A stretch of 64,000 bases of DNA from positions 32,925,249-32,989,248 of the forward strand of contig NC_068990.1 of the NCBI RefSeq assembly GCF_001194135.2, read 5' to 3'. Under the pieces are notes generated by a model, which saw nothing but the letters and a program-made list of their open reading frames with translations, made no database searches and was not told where the DNA came from. Of this stretch, positions 51,749-64,000 are shown piece after piece (the first letter of the stretch is position 1; each line of letters opens with the position of its first letter). Source of the stretch: Octopus bimaculoides. Its lineage: Eukaryota. The position numbers and the translations under genes are program-made.

Positions 51749-52613
51749 AAGCAGGGTTTTAGCTCATCAGGTTTATTCTTGTGTATAATTCTCACTTTTG
51801 TCTGCTGACTTCCAAATACTATTTTGTGATGGTGCTGTCTTAATTAGCTGTTTCTTCCAATGGGTCTATTCTGAAGCCAATATACTGACAAGAATAGTTA
51901 ACATATAACTGACAGAGCTCCACACTCAAAGTTAGGAGCCACAGTGTTTGGGAAGACTATAAAATAAAATAAAACACTGTTCTTATTGGAGCCAATGTGG
52001 GAACCTCTATGCAGCTGCTTAACCATCTGAAAATAGTAGCTAAATTTCATTCAAATTACAACCAACAAGCTTAAAAGCAGGAAAAATATATTGGATAATG
52101 GAGTCCTACATACTACTGTGTATGAATAAATGATAGAATGATCACATCAGGACTGTCTCTTATCATAGTGATTATAAGTTTGCTGGATCAGGACAGTTCT
52201 GAGCATAAACAACGAAAGCCATGTGCACTTCACTGTCATCAAGTTATGGAAATAAAACAGGACACTTCTTTAATATTGCATTATATATGTATAATGTGAC
52301 TAATATTTATTATAAAACTGACAGTTTTAATTTTCATATTGTATTGTTACCATGGGTGCAAAGTAGAATCCCTCTTAGGATAGGCCATAATGTTCTTTCC
52401 AGTCAAGTTAATGAAATAAATGTAGTTGGAATGTTTTCGGATAGAATAAAAAAGGTAAATGAAATAATTAGAAAAACAAGGTTATGTTAAGAAAAGTTCA
52501 GTTAAATGTTTTGACTATTGCTTGGGGAAACATGGTGTAATTTTGAAAAATATTGACTAACCTCAAGGTTGCAAATGAGAAAAGTTTTAAGGAGTGACTA
52601 GTTTTAATTATAT

Positions 52614-52654
<41 letters not shown>

Positions 52655-52695
52655 CTCTCTCTCTCAATCTCTCTCTCTCAATCTCTCTCTCTCAA

Positions 52696-52728
<33 letters not shown>

Positions 52729-53742
52729 TATATATATTGCCACTAGTTCATATATCCAGTAAAGAAACACTCTAAAACATTAGAGAAGTAATATATTTTT
52801 AGGAAGTTAATTGTTCTGTGTGAAACTAGTGTCTGCTCTATGACCAGTCATAACAATTGGTTTCCTAATATATGATGGGTTATGCCATACTTTTGTAGAA
52901 TACAAACTTATTCTTAAATAAAAATGTTGTTGGCAGTGACTTTGAAGTTTGATGATGGCTTAACCGACCTAAGCTTTAAAGCCCCTGTCAACAACATTCT
53001 TGTTTAAGAATAATATATATAGATATATGTGTGTGTGTGTATATATATATACATATATATATACAGACAGACAGACACACACTTGCATGTAGGTATATAT
53101 ATATATATATATTATTTAAAAGAGTTCCAACTCTGTCTGTTTTTTTATGTTTTATTTATATTCTTATAAAATTAATGTGTGATATAGAATATGGAATATA
53201 TAATATAAATAGTAGAATGAAATGAAGTATTGAGTATTAAATATATAAGGACATTAAATATATAAGGGCTAGTATANNNNNNNNNNNNNNNNNNNNNNNN
53301 NNNNNNNNNNNNNNNNNNNNNNNNNNNNNNNNNNNNNNNNNNNNNNNNNNNNNNNNNNNNNNNNNNNNNNNNNNNNNNNNNNNNNNNNNNNNNNNNNNNN
53401 NNNNNNNNNNNNNNNNNNNNNNNNNNNNNNNNNNNNNNNNNNNNNNNNNNNNNNNNNNNNNNNNNCTCTGTGGTACCATTCTGTAGATCCTGATTTATGG
53501 GAGGGAGTTATCACCCTTGCTATCAGTTAGCTTGTAGCACCATCCCGCTTCACATATATACACAAGCAAAATCTCTGACATACACTGATCTACATACATT
53601 TTACATATTAAAGCAGGAGCAATAAAGAAAGTGAGAATGGAAGGGTAGATGGGGGTAGTCAAAGAGAGAGGAGTGGAAGGAAAATGTTGAGGACAAAATA
53701 GAAAATTTTAAATTTGGAAAATCCTGAAGGTTTGATTTAAAG

Positions 53743-54019
53743 TAGTGGTTCCCAAACTTTTTCAGGCTGCCACCCGCTTAACACCTAGGCCACATTCCTA
53801 GCGCTCCCGCCCCAACTAACCATCATAAACATAGTCCTCTTTGTGAAGCAAATTCAAAGCAACTGTATTTCACAGATAAAACTTAACCTAATGAACCTGT
53901 TATTTTGTGTGTTTTTACATGAATCGCTACCTCCATTATCACCCCACTTTTCTTCAACGATTCCTTGGAACTTTCCACCGCCCTCAGGGAGGCAATACCA
54001 CCGACTTTGGGAACCACTG
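53743..54019 (+). mobile_element. hAT (Charlie-like) MITE, 277 bp
   Basis: TIRs tagtggttcccaaa / tttgggaaccactg. 8-bp TSD atttaaag (53735-53742) and atttagag (54020-54027). Confidence 0.88.
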
Positions 54020-54849
54020 ATTTAGAGACACACTTTAGGTGGAAGGACTAAAAATACACAATATAATGATCTAAAAGGGCAAAGACCACACTAGGGGAAA
54101 ATAGGACCTACAGGTCCTATATATGTGTGTGTGTGTGTATGTGATTTTTGCACAAATTAATTTCGTATTATACATATATACATATATCTGTATGTTTGCA
54201 TGTATATCATAATTTTAGTGTTTGATATAGGTGTATGTTAAAAGTAAGCATAAAATACTGAGAAGTGACACTCAGCACTAAAATAAACATGAATATACAA
54301 TGTCATCTCAGATATGTTTGTCATATACATATATATATGTACTGATTGTGATTGTATTAATGTTAATGATGTTAGTGTTGGTAGCAGAAACAGAATATAA
54401 ATTTTGCTGCCAGCTTGTAGATGTTCAATGACATTCTGTTTTTGTGTAGACCAAGTAAAAACACCAAAACAACAATAACAGCAACAACTTCTTTAACAAA
54501 ACAGCAACAACAAACAGGGAAGGAAATTATAATTCAGTGTTAGGATTTTCATTTGGAATATCTCCAGTTGTTTGTGACATCACAAAGACTGGATTTGTAT
54601 TCTTGGTTGTTAGAATCCGTCTCTCTCAGCTGTGTGTGAATGCTTATGTGGGTGTGTGTCTGTGCGTGTGATTTGGCCACATGTTACTATATGTTTGCAT
54701 AGAATATGCATATGAGTGTGTACAGGTGAATTTATTTGTATATGTGCCTAATACTATATATATATCACATTGTACATGTGTTTGTGTGTATGTGCTTTTG
54801 TTAAAGTGTCTGTATATGTAAATTCACTTGTGTATTTATGTATACTCTT

Positions 54850-55338
54850 TTCTTTTTTTTTTTACTCTTTTTACTTGTTTCAGTCTTTTGACTGAGGCCA
54901 TGCTGGAGCACCGCCTTTTAGTCGAGCAAATCGACCCCAGGACTTATTCTTTAGAAGCCTAGTACTTATTCTATCGATCTCTTTTGCCGAACCGCTAGGT
55001 TACGGGGACATAAACACACCAGCATCGGTTGTCAAGCGATGTTGGGGGGACAAACACACACACATACAAACATACACACACACACACACATNNNNNNNNN
55101 NNNNNNNNNNNNNNNNNNNNNNNNNNNNNNNNNNNNNNNNNNNNNNNNNNNNNNNNNNNNNNNNNNNNNNNNNNNNNNNNNNNNNNNNNNNNNNNNNNNN
55201 NNNNNNNNNNNNNNNNNNNNNNNNNNNNNNNNNNNNNNNNNNNNNNNNNNNNNNNNNNNNNNNNNNNNNNNNNNNNNNNNNNNNNNNNNNNNNNNNNNNN
55301 NNNNNNNNNNNNNNNNNNNNNNNNNNNNNNNNNNNNNN

Positions 55339-55377
<39 letters not shown>

Positions 55378-55545
55378 TATACATATATACGACGGGCTTC
55401 TTTCAGTTTCCGTCTACCAAATCCACTCACAAGGCTTTGGTCGGCCCGAGGCTATAGTAGAAGACACTTGCCCAAGATGCCGCGCAGTGGGACTGAACCC
55501 GGGACCATGTGGTTGGTAAGCTAGCTACTTACCACACAGCCACTC
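54850..55545 (-). mobile_element. Full-length family B SINE (internal microsatellite in gap)
   Basis: Tail at 54850-55075 and head at 55390-55545 are the reverse complement of the 14663 copy. Confidence 0.92.
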
Positions 55546-55889
55546 TGTTTTTAAGTTATGTGTGAATACATATGACACATTCAGTATGCACCTTTTCGTA
55601 TGTATACCTATGTGTGTGTGTGTGTATAGCTATCTATCTATCAACCTACACAAACATACGTACATATATATGCAGATATATGTTTTTATGTATGCATACA
55701 TACACATATACATGTATGTTCATATATATATATATATACACACACACATATATAAGTGTATCTATATATATATATATTTATATAAATAAGGATAAGATCG
55801 ATATTTAAAATATTGATCTTATCAAGTGGCCAGCATGAGAATAAAAACCATCAAAGGTAATAATTATTTAAAATTATTTAAAATTATAA

Positions 55890-55996
55890 TACAGGGTATC
55901 TAAGAGATACCGCCACGCTGAAAAATAGCAGTCAAATTCTGACTCTAAAACCACAGTTATTGTTTTAGAGTCAGAATTTGACTGCTATTTTTCAGC
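55890..55996. repeat. Perfect 35-bp inverted repeat (55917-55951 / 55962-55996) after a TA-CAGGGT terminus; probable fold-back MITE end
   Basis: gctgaaaaatagcagtcaaattctgactctaaaac-[10-nt loop]-exact reverse complement, abutting an N gap. Confidence 0.75.
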
Positions 55997-56524
55997 NNNN
56001 NNNNNNNNNNNNNNNNNNNNNNNNNNNNNNNNNNNNNNNNNNNNNNNNNNNNNNNNNNNNNNNNNNNNNNNNNNNNNNNNNNNNNNNNNNNNNNNNNNNN
56101 NNNNNNNNNNNNNNNNNNNNNNNNNNNNNNNNNNNNNNNNNNNNNNNNNNNNNNNNNNNNNNNNNNNNNNNNNNNNNNNNNNNNNNNNNNNNNNNNNNNN
56201 NNNNNNNNNNNNNNNNNNNNNNNNNNNNNNNNNNNNNNNNNNNNNNNNNNNNNNNNNNNNNNNNNNNNNNNNNNNNNNNNNNNNNNNNNNNNNNNNNNNN
56301 NNNNNNNNNNNNNNNNNNNNNNNNNNNNNNNNNNNNNNNNNNNNNNNNNNNNNNNNNNNNNNNNNNNNNNNNNNNNNNNNNNNNNNNNNNNNNNNNNNNN
56401 NNNNNNNNNNNNNNNNNNNNNNNNNNNNNNCATACGTACATATATATGCAGATATATGTTTTTATGTATGCATACATACACATATACATGTATGTTCATA
56501 TATATATATATATACAAATATATA

Positions 56525-56690
56525 TATGACAGGCTTCTTTCAGTTTCCATCTACCGAATCCACTCACAAGGCTTTGGTCAGCCCAGGGCTATAGTAGAAG
56601 ACACTTGCCCAAGGCAACACACAGTTGGACTGAACCCAGAACCATGTGGTTGTGAAGCAAGCTTCTTACCAGAGAGCCACTCCAGTGCCT
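56525..56690 (-). mobile_element. Family B SINE head
   Basis: gacaggcttctttcagtttccatctaccgaatccactcacaaggctttgg...gaaccatgtggttg. Confidence 0.85.
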
Positions 56691-57104
56691 ATTTATATAT
56701 CATATATTATCATATGTATATATTGCATATATATCAAGCACGCATGTACAGTGTGTGTGGGTATGTACGTATCTGTATCTACAAGTGTGTGTGTGCTTTT
56801 GTGTGTCTGAATGTGAGTATTGATGGAAACCAAAGAGAGGTTGTGGCTATGTATGTGTTGCAAGTGATAAGTTAGTCACAGGTATTGGTAATTAACAAAA
56901 GCTTACTGTGAGCTGTAGCATATGTTGCTGTGCATGATAAAATGTGCAACATGTTCACCATCACACTGACATTAGGTATACAAAATCATGCAATGAAGAA
57001 TGAGTCATAATGAAAGTGAAGCTAAAATGATACTTGCAATGATGATGGTGATGATGGTGAAGGTTAATGATGGTGATGATGGCCATAACAATAATGATAA
57101 TGAT

Positions 57105-57550
57105 CCCTTCTACTAAAGGCACAAGGCCTGAAATTAGGGGGGGGGGAGATGGTCAATTGCATTGACTCCCAGTGCTCTATTGATACTTATTTCATTCTTT
57201 TCTGCTCTAGGCACAAAGCCCGAAATTTTGAGGGAAGGGGCCAGTCGATTAGATCGACCCCAGTACGCAAATGGTACTTAATTTATCGACCCCAAAAGGA
57301 TGAAAGGCAAAATTGACCTTTGTGGAATTTGAACTCAAAACATAAAGACAGACGAAATACTGCTAAGCATTTCGCCCGGTGTCGTAACGTTTCTGCCAGC
57401 TCACCGATTTACTGATACTTATTTTATTAATACTGAAAGGATGGAAAGCAAAGTCGACATCAGTGGAATTTGAACTCAGAATCAAACGATGAATGAAGTG
57501 CCACTAAGCTTTCTGCCTGGTGCACTAACGATTTTGCCAGCTTGCTGCCT
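57105..57550 (-). mobile_element. Stack of three partial or nested family C SINEs
   Basis: The ggatgaaaggcaaa...gaatttgaactca core occurs twice (57295, 57440), plus an extra tail at 57105-57180. Confidence 0.85.
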
Positions 57551-57561
57551 TCAGAATAATA

Positions 57562-57609
<48 letters not shown>

Positions 57610-57611
<2 letters not shown>

Positions 57612-58235
57612 GCACAATGACATGAAGGAAAAGACAAAAAGAGAGTACCTGCAGCAAGTGAGAAAAATACTTGGGTACAAAGCTCTGAGTGCCAGAAACA
57701 GAGAGAGGCAAGACATGGTATGAGTACAAACTGCAGAGAGTGGCAGAGTCAAAGACTAGCAAAATCCTTTGGGATTTTTCAATCCATACAGATCATGTGC
57801 TAGAGCATAACAGACTGGACATAGTAGTGGTGGACAAGATGCACCACATGTGTTATACAGTTGATGTTGCATGCCCCTTTGACCCATGAATAGTCAAGAA
57901 GGAAGGCGGAAAGATAGATAAATACAACCCTCTTAAGTACGAAATAGCCCAGCTATGGAAAATGAAGGGGAAGATAGTGCCAATTATTGTTGGGTCCTTG
58001 GGAACAGTATTAGAAGGAATCAAGGAGATTATAAAGGAAATTGGAATAGAGTGCCCAGTAGACTATTACAAAAGTTTTGCTTCCTTGGCATTGCCAGAAT
58101 AATCAGGAAAGTATTAGATAGCTGAAAACAATGGATAGCATGGTACCGTAGGCTGCAGGTAGCAGGCCCACTATGCATGCAAGACTCCAAGAGTTCCAAC
58201 AAAACCTGTGATAAAGAGAAATAACAATAATAATA
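57610..58235 (+). mobile_element. Internally deleted R4/Dong-type element ending in (AAT)n
   Basis: MKEKTKREYLQQVRKILG, then TWYEYKLQRVAESKTSKILWDFSIHTDHVLEHNRLDIVVVD..DVACPFDP*IVKKEGGKIDKY (PD..D/ExK RLE region) and IIRKVLDS*. Preceded by (AAT)n. Confidence 0.85.
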
Positions 58236-58247
58236 ATGAATAGTAAT

Positions 58248-58680
58248 CCTTTCTACTAAAGGCACAAGGCCAACAAGTTTGGGGGAGAGATTAAGTCAAT
58301 TACATCAACCCCAGTACTCAACTGGTACTTATTTTGATGACCCTGGAAGGATGAAAGGGAAAGGCAATCACAGTGGAATTTGAACTCAGAATGTAAAGAC
58401 AGATGAAATGCCGTTGAGCATTTTGTCCAGTCTGCTAGTGGTTCTGCCAGCTTAATACTTTCTACTAAAGGCAAAGGGCCTGAAATTTTGTGGAAAGGGG
58501 GCTAGTTGATTACAGTGACCCCACTGCACAACTGGTATTTATTTTATCAGCCCTGAAAGGATGAAAAGCAAAGTTGACCATGGCAGGGTTTGATCTTAGA
58601 ACACAAAGATGAGCAAAATGTTAGTGAGAATTTTTTTCTGGTGTGCTAACAATTCGGCCAGCTCATAGCCTTAATAATAA
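58248..58680 (-). mobile_element. Two tandem family C SINEs
   Basis: Copies at 58248-58455 and 58455-58680, each with the family C core. Confidence 0.85.
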
Positions 58681-58779
58681 CTACATCATATTTAAAGGCC
58701 AATAACCTAAATCAAATATGCATTGATATCAACCAAACTTGAGTTTTTTTCTTATTTTAGGAGTTTATAACTGACATTT

Positions 58780-58920
58780 ATGTGATAACAAGTATTCATG
58801 TGATAACACAGGTATAAATGTTATAACATAGAGTTTCATGTGATAACATAGGTTTCCATGCCATAACACAGCTTTCTATACCACAACATATTCATTCATG
58901 TGATACCACAGACATTCATG
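58780..58920. repeat. ~20-nt degenerate minisatellite (ttcatgtgataacacag-like, ~7 units)
   Basis: Repeated atgtgataaca / atgttataaca / atgccataaca / atgtgatacca units. Confidence 0.75.
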
Positions 58921-59029
58921 CAATATCAAAGTAGTAGTAACTAGAAGCGATAGTATTTCAAAGCAATTTACCAGTTTCTAAATAATACAATATTACTTCT
59001 TGATTTTATATAGTCTACATTATGCATTC

Positions 59030-59200
59030 TGATGTTCAGGTTGGCCATTTTCCAAGACCAAACACTTCACCAGCAATTTTTGGCAAATCATCCTAGCCTC
59101 TATTATAACTCACTGGATCTGTCAGTATTGGACAACTATAATAAAAGAATCTGCACTACATCTATTGCATACATAAGTCCTAGTTCTCAACATTCGATAC
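59030..59200 (+). mobile_element. Possible mariner transposase relic
   Basis: PSLYYNSLDLSVLDN weakly resembles the SPDLNPLDYSVW motif. Confidence 0.25.
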
Positions 59201-59236
59201 CTGTAACTTTTCTATATACTGTAATAAATGTGCATC

Positions 59237-59267
<31 letters not shown>

Positions 59268-59581
59268 GCGTGTGTGCATATTCAGGATGTATATTTAATA
59301 CACTTTTCTGAAAATTTTATTTTATATTTTACTGTTTGTAAACATAATAAACTGACATATAAATATGACATTTATTTTGGCAAATGTTAAAATTTCACCT
59401 CATTTATAATGCTTAGCACATAGTAACTCACTTCTGCTGGGACAACATTTATGTATCTGCGTCCGTCTATCTTCCACTACTAATTCATGCACACATGTGC
59501 TCATGTGCATACACACACATGTACACAAACACAGACATACACATACATATTATTATAATTATATAATAATATAATAATATA

Positions 59582-59660
<79 letters not shown>

Positions 59661-60069
59661 ATATGTATGCATGCATATATGTAAATACATATGCATATTG
59701 ATAGACATATATTCATTTATATCTATAAGCATCAATGTTTGTCTCACTGTCTTAAATCAGAAGTACTATTTCTCAATGAATCTTACCCAAATTTCATAGA
59801 GATCCAGATGCAACACAAAATAATGGATGTCCCCCAAAGTTCTAGGTCGAAGGACCTCTTGGAGCAAAATGGAGATGAGTATAAAAAAGGGATGTAGAAA
59901 GTTGCAATGGAGTAGTAGCTGAGGTGTGTTAGTGTGAGGTGCAAAAACATTGTTAATTTGTCACTTTAAACTTTGCTTTTCTTTTCTCTTTAGACTTTTC
60001 ACATCTCTCCCTCTGTCACACAATTTTTTACTCATCTCTCACTCTCTCTCTCTCTCTTATATATATATA

Positions 60070-60285
60070 GCATCATTATCATCATCATTTAACGTCCGTT
60101 GTCCATACTGGCATGGGTTGGACAGTTTGGCCAGGGCTGGTAAGCTGGGGAGCTGCACCAGACTCCAGTCTGATTCTGCATTGCTTCTACAGCTGAATGC
60201 CCTTCCTAACACCAACCACTCTGAGATTGTAATCCACTCTGAGAGTGTAATACCACTCCAAGAGTGTAATACCACTCCAAGAGTG

Positions 60286-60290
<5 letters not shown>
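60070..60290 (-). mobile_element. RTE-type 3' tail element with tandem ~20-nt duplication
   Basis: (CAT)n-tttaacgtccgttgtccatactggcatggg...; accactc(t/c)(g/a)agagtgtaat repeated about 4 times at 60215-60288. Confidence 0.85.
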
Positions 60291-60330
<40 letters not shown>

Positions 60331-60619
60331 TCCACAATTAGGGAATGGAGTGTATAAAATCCAGCCTACGTATGCTTCATAGCTAGTAGAATCTCAGAAA
60401 TAGTAATTATCCAAATGAGGGGATAATCCACAAGCTATCCATCAGGCCAGAAATACCTTAATCAAAAGAAGTTAACAACAGCTTATTGAACTTCAACATG
60501 GGAAAAACTTGCAACCTTGTATGTCAATAAATCACTATTGTTCCTGAAAGCTGTTTTTAATACCTTCTATGGTTTGCTTGAACCTTACTACACCTTGATC
60601 CTTGGGTCTTCATTTTACT

Positions 60620-60838
60620 TATCATCATCATCATCGTTTAATGTCCGTTTTCCATGCTGGCATGGGTTTAATGGATTGACTGAGGTCTGGAAAGCCAGTG
60701 GGCTGCACCAGGATCCAATCACATCTGGCAATGTTTCTACAGCTGGATGCCCTTCCTAATGTCAACCACTCCGAGAGTGTAGTGTGTGCTTTCTTACGTG
60801 CCACTAACACAGGAGCCAGTCAGGCAGCCCTGGCATCA
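60620..60838 (-). mobile_element. RTE-type 3' tail element
   Basis: catcatcgtttaatgtccgttttccatgctggcatggg...ggatgcccttcctaatgtcaaccactccgagag. Confidence 0.85.
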
Positions 60839-62269
60839 TATATATATATATATATATACATACACACGTACATATATATACACATACAAACATATATATA
60901 TATATGAATTACATTAAGGCTTAAAATGTCTCTGGAATACTCAGTCACTTAGAGGTTAACTCAATGAGTAAGTAATTCAGTTGACTGAACAACTGAATAC
61001 TCATTGGTGAATGATGAGAATCTATTTATATGTGGGTGTATGTGTGTGTATGTATGTGCACACCCTCAGAAGCATTCACGCCATGTTAAGTTGAAAATAA
61101 ATAACATAAACCAAATGAGTGAATATATAATTCATTTTACAAAATTTGAAGAAAATGAAGAAAACTAAACAATCAGAAATAAATTATCATTATTATTATT
61201 GTTGTTGTTGCTGTTATTATTATTATCATTATTATAGATACATTTCCCTTTTCATTTTTGTGCTTTAATGTTTAATTTGCTTTTGGAGCAAATACATGTT
61301 CTCTATCTAAATAATGCAGAAATTTTAATCATACAAGACTGGAGATTTGGCAGTAGAACTTCAGGAATAAAATATAGCAAATATTTTTCTGAATGGAATT
61401 CCAATTTAGAAGAAGAAATTTCAGCATATTTAATAGTTATTGGTAAATTTCTCATTTGCATCTTCATGTTTCAATCTTCACCAGCAGAAATATATATTTA
61501 TCATTTTCTCTTCATGGTTGAATAGCTTGGAGATTAGGAAGAGTTATATATTAGGTAGAGAAAGAAAAAAAAAACAAAAAAAAAAACAAACAAACAGAAG
61601 TCAGAACAACAACTACTTGCCTTAACAAATCATTCAAACAGAAATTTATACATTTATCACAAATATGTGTATGGCAATCATCTATATATAAATTGCAGAG
61701 AAAGCACCCTGGTGGGGAATTTTCTCATCTCATTATTTTAAATTGCCTAATCAATATTGTTACCCTCAGTCATTTCAGTAAACCTATTTTCTACTGAGGA
61801 GGTTTGGCCATTGAGAAACATGTCCAGAAATGTTCCTGTATCTACCAAAGATCAGAATCCATCCCCGCAGTATGCTCCTTACTTTTGTAATTAATCTGAA
61901 CAACCTGGGGCTATAGTAGAAGATACATGTGCAAGATGCCGCACAGTGATAATTGAACTCAAATCATACAGTTTAGAAACAAATTCCTTTACCACACAGC
62001 TATTCTTGCACCTATTACTATCTTTTATGTGTAAGTGTATGCATGTTTGTGTATGTGCTTATGAATATGTATTTTTGCACCCATATATCACAACAGCCTT
62101 ATATAGTTAGATATATTAAAAACGCATGAGTATATAAAATATTTACATCATGTTTTGTTAATTATTTTTTTGGAATGGTTTGATAGATCTGTAAATTTTA
62201 ATTTTATAAATTTCTCTGGATTTATATTTACTGTTATGATCACTAGTAACATTCTTTCTAATGTCGGCA

Positions 62270-62492
62270 CAAAACCAGCAATTTTTTTCTCTTTTTTTTT
62301 TGTCAATGTGAGGAGGAAAGTTGATTACATTGACTCCAGTAAAAGACTGGTACTTTATTTTATTGACCCCAAAAATCTAAAAAGCAAAGTCAACCTCGGC
62401 TGAAGCTGAACTCAGAATGTAAAGAACCAGAAGAAAGACTGCTTAGCATTTTTTGTCCAACATGCAAATGATTCTGTCAGTTCACTGTCTTA
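62270..62492 (-). mobile_element. Family C SINE
   Basis: gactggtactttattttattgacccc...aaagcaaagtcaacctcggctgaagctgaactcagaatg. Confidence 0.75.
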
Positions 62493-62579
62493 TGATCACC
62501 AATAATATCAAATAATATCAAAACAACAAAGACAAATAAAGTCCAGCAATTCGATTATGTACTTTAGTGTCTTCATAGA

Positions 62580-62920
62580 AGTTGATTAACTCAGTAAAGA
62601 ATCTAGAAGTGGAGATCAAGGGACCATATGTCAGATTTCAGCTTGTAGATTATATCAGACAGAAGAATAGTGAAAATTTCTGTTCAACTCCTCAACTCTA
62701 ACAAAATACCTCAAGTGTAAAATCAATACTTGTATGATGCATTGTCTCAGTTGACAATGTTGCTCAAGGATACACCACAGTTTCAGTTATGGAGTTTTTG
62801 AAAGCTAATAACTTTCAGGCCCAAAGACTTACATTTAATCCACTTGTTCACTGGCTGATCGTCTTCATACTCCATGTTGGTGAATCAGAGAAAGTGTAGC
62901 AGGATTGCTTGCTAGCTACC
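62580..62920 (+). mobile_element. Probable decayed Gypsy/Ty3-type integrase core
   Basis: One frame with internal stops: EIKGPYVRFQLVDY...NTSSVKSIL..IVSVDNVAQGYTTVSVMEFLKANNFQ (cf. D..GP...FLVVVD.YS / IVSDNG.QF.S..F.EFLKANGI). Confidence 0.4.
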
Positions 62921-63180
62921 GGCCTGTGCAATGCTTTGTTGAAGTAATTAATAACACGAAGCAATAAACAAAAACCTAATTTGAATACACAAGTACAATG
63001 AGCAGGAGAACTGTATTAATGTTATAGTAAAATATTTAGTGTCCAGGCATGACAACACTTTGAAACTTTGCCAATATATTGATAAAAGATTCAAGTGAGG
63101 CCTACACTATCGAGCAATCATACCATTTCTCTGTAAGTTGCAAAACAATCAAAGCATATATAATGATGACGATGATGATG

Positions 63181-63183
<3 letters not shown>

Positions 63184-63228
<45 letters not shown>
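63184..63228. repeat. (AAT)n microsatellite
   Basis: Perfect AAT run. Confidence 0.97.
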
Positions 63229-63230
<2 letters not shown>

Positions 63231-63954
63231 TGGTGATGATGAGGACAATAATGAGGAGGAGGAAGAGGAAAAATAAGATGGATATTATTTAAAATGTATT
63301 CCAGCATGTGGTTGGTGAGTTGATGGTTTTATAATGTGATGCTGAGCAGGAAATAGATTAGCATTTTTTTTAGTCAATAAATAAAACGAGGTATTCCTGG
63401 GTACCTTGTGTGTGTGTCTGTGTGTGTGTGTGTGTGCATGAGTATATTTTGTAGCTATGCACTGCTGAATGAGTATGTTAATCTTGTACAAATATATGTG
63501 GCTGTGTTTGTGTACACATTTGTCAACAACATATCAACTTTGTATGTGTGTGTGTGTATGCATATTTATGTGTTTTGGTATATGTTTTAGGTGTGCATAT
63601 GTGTGTGTGTGTGTGTGCATGCTTTTGAGTTTGTATGTTTGTGTGTGTGCATATATGTATATATGTGTGTATGCATATATGTAGTGTGTATATAAGTACT
63701 TAAGCTTGTGTGTATAAGTATGTATGTGCATGTGTATATGTCATCATCATCATCATTGTTTAACGTCCGCCGTCCATGCTGTCATGTGTGTGTATATATA
63801 TATGTATGTGTATATATGTATGTGTATATATGTATGCATGTATCCGTAAGAGTTGAATATCCATAATAAATACTGTTCTGCAGTGGAGCTGCGTGTATGA
63901 GTATGTGAGCATGTGTGTACTAATGTGCATTTAATTTCCATATTTCTCTGAGTA

Positions 63955-64000
<46 letters not shown>

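Noticed and set aside
59787-59918. 132-nt open minus-strand segment with CTAAC branch and GTAAGA donor
   Set aside because: The plus strand reads like a decayed RTE C-terminus (KWR*V*KRDVE), so this is probably an antisense shadow.
62831-62940. Minus-strand start-exon-like segment ccaacATG-MEYEDDQPVNKWIK|gtaagt
   Set aside because: Attractive Kozak context and donor, but it lies antisense within the probable Gypsy integrase relic, and no convincing next exon was found.

Overview
This is AT-rich, repeat-saturated eukaryotic DNA from a gapped scaffold (12 N-gaps). The SINE families and the (TA)n/(CA)n/(AAT)n/(CAT)n microsatellite load look like an octopus/cephalopod genome; that is inferred from my recall of these repeats, not from a search. 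It reads as intronic or intergenic sequence. I find no complete protein-coding gene, rRNA/tRNA gene or CRISPR array, and almost every ORF in the supplied track is a microsatellite or N-gap artefact. Supportable content: several tRNA-derived SINE families (one with clean TSDs), decayed LINE fragments (RTE, R4/Dong-type RLE elements, Penelope-like elements), decayed Tc1/mariner and probable Gypsy integrase fragments, and hAT, Tigger-like and piggyBac-like MITEs. A few short candidate exons have good splice signals but no identifiable product, and chance matches cannot be excluded. The best hunt result is an apparently intact minimal type I hammerhead ribozyme (27867-27918) inside a 353-bp fold-back unit with 66-bp inverted repeats, plus several decayed hammerhead-like motifs elsewhere. 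All alignments and translations were done by eye, and relic boundaries are approximate.
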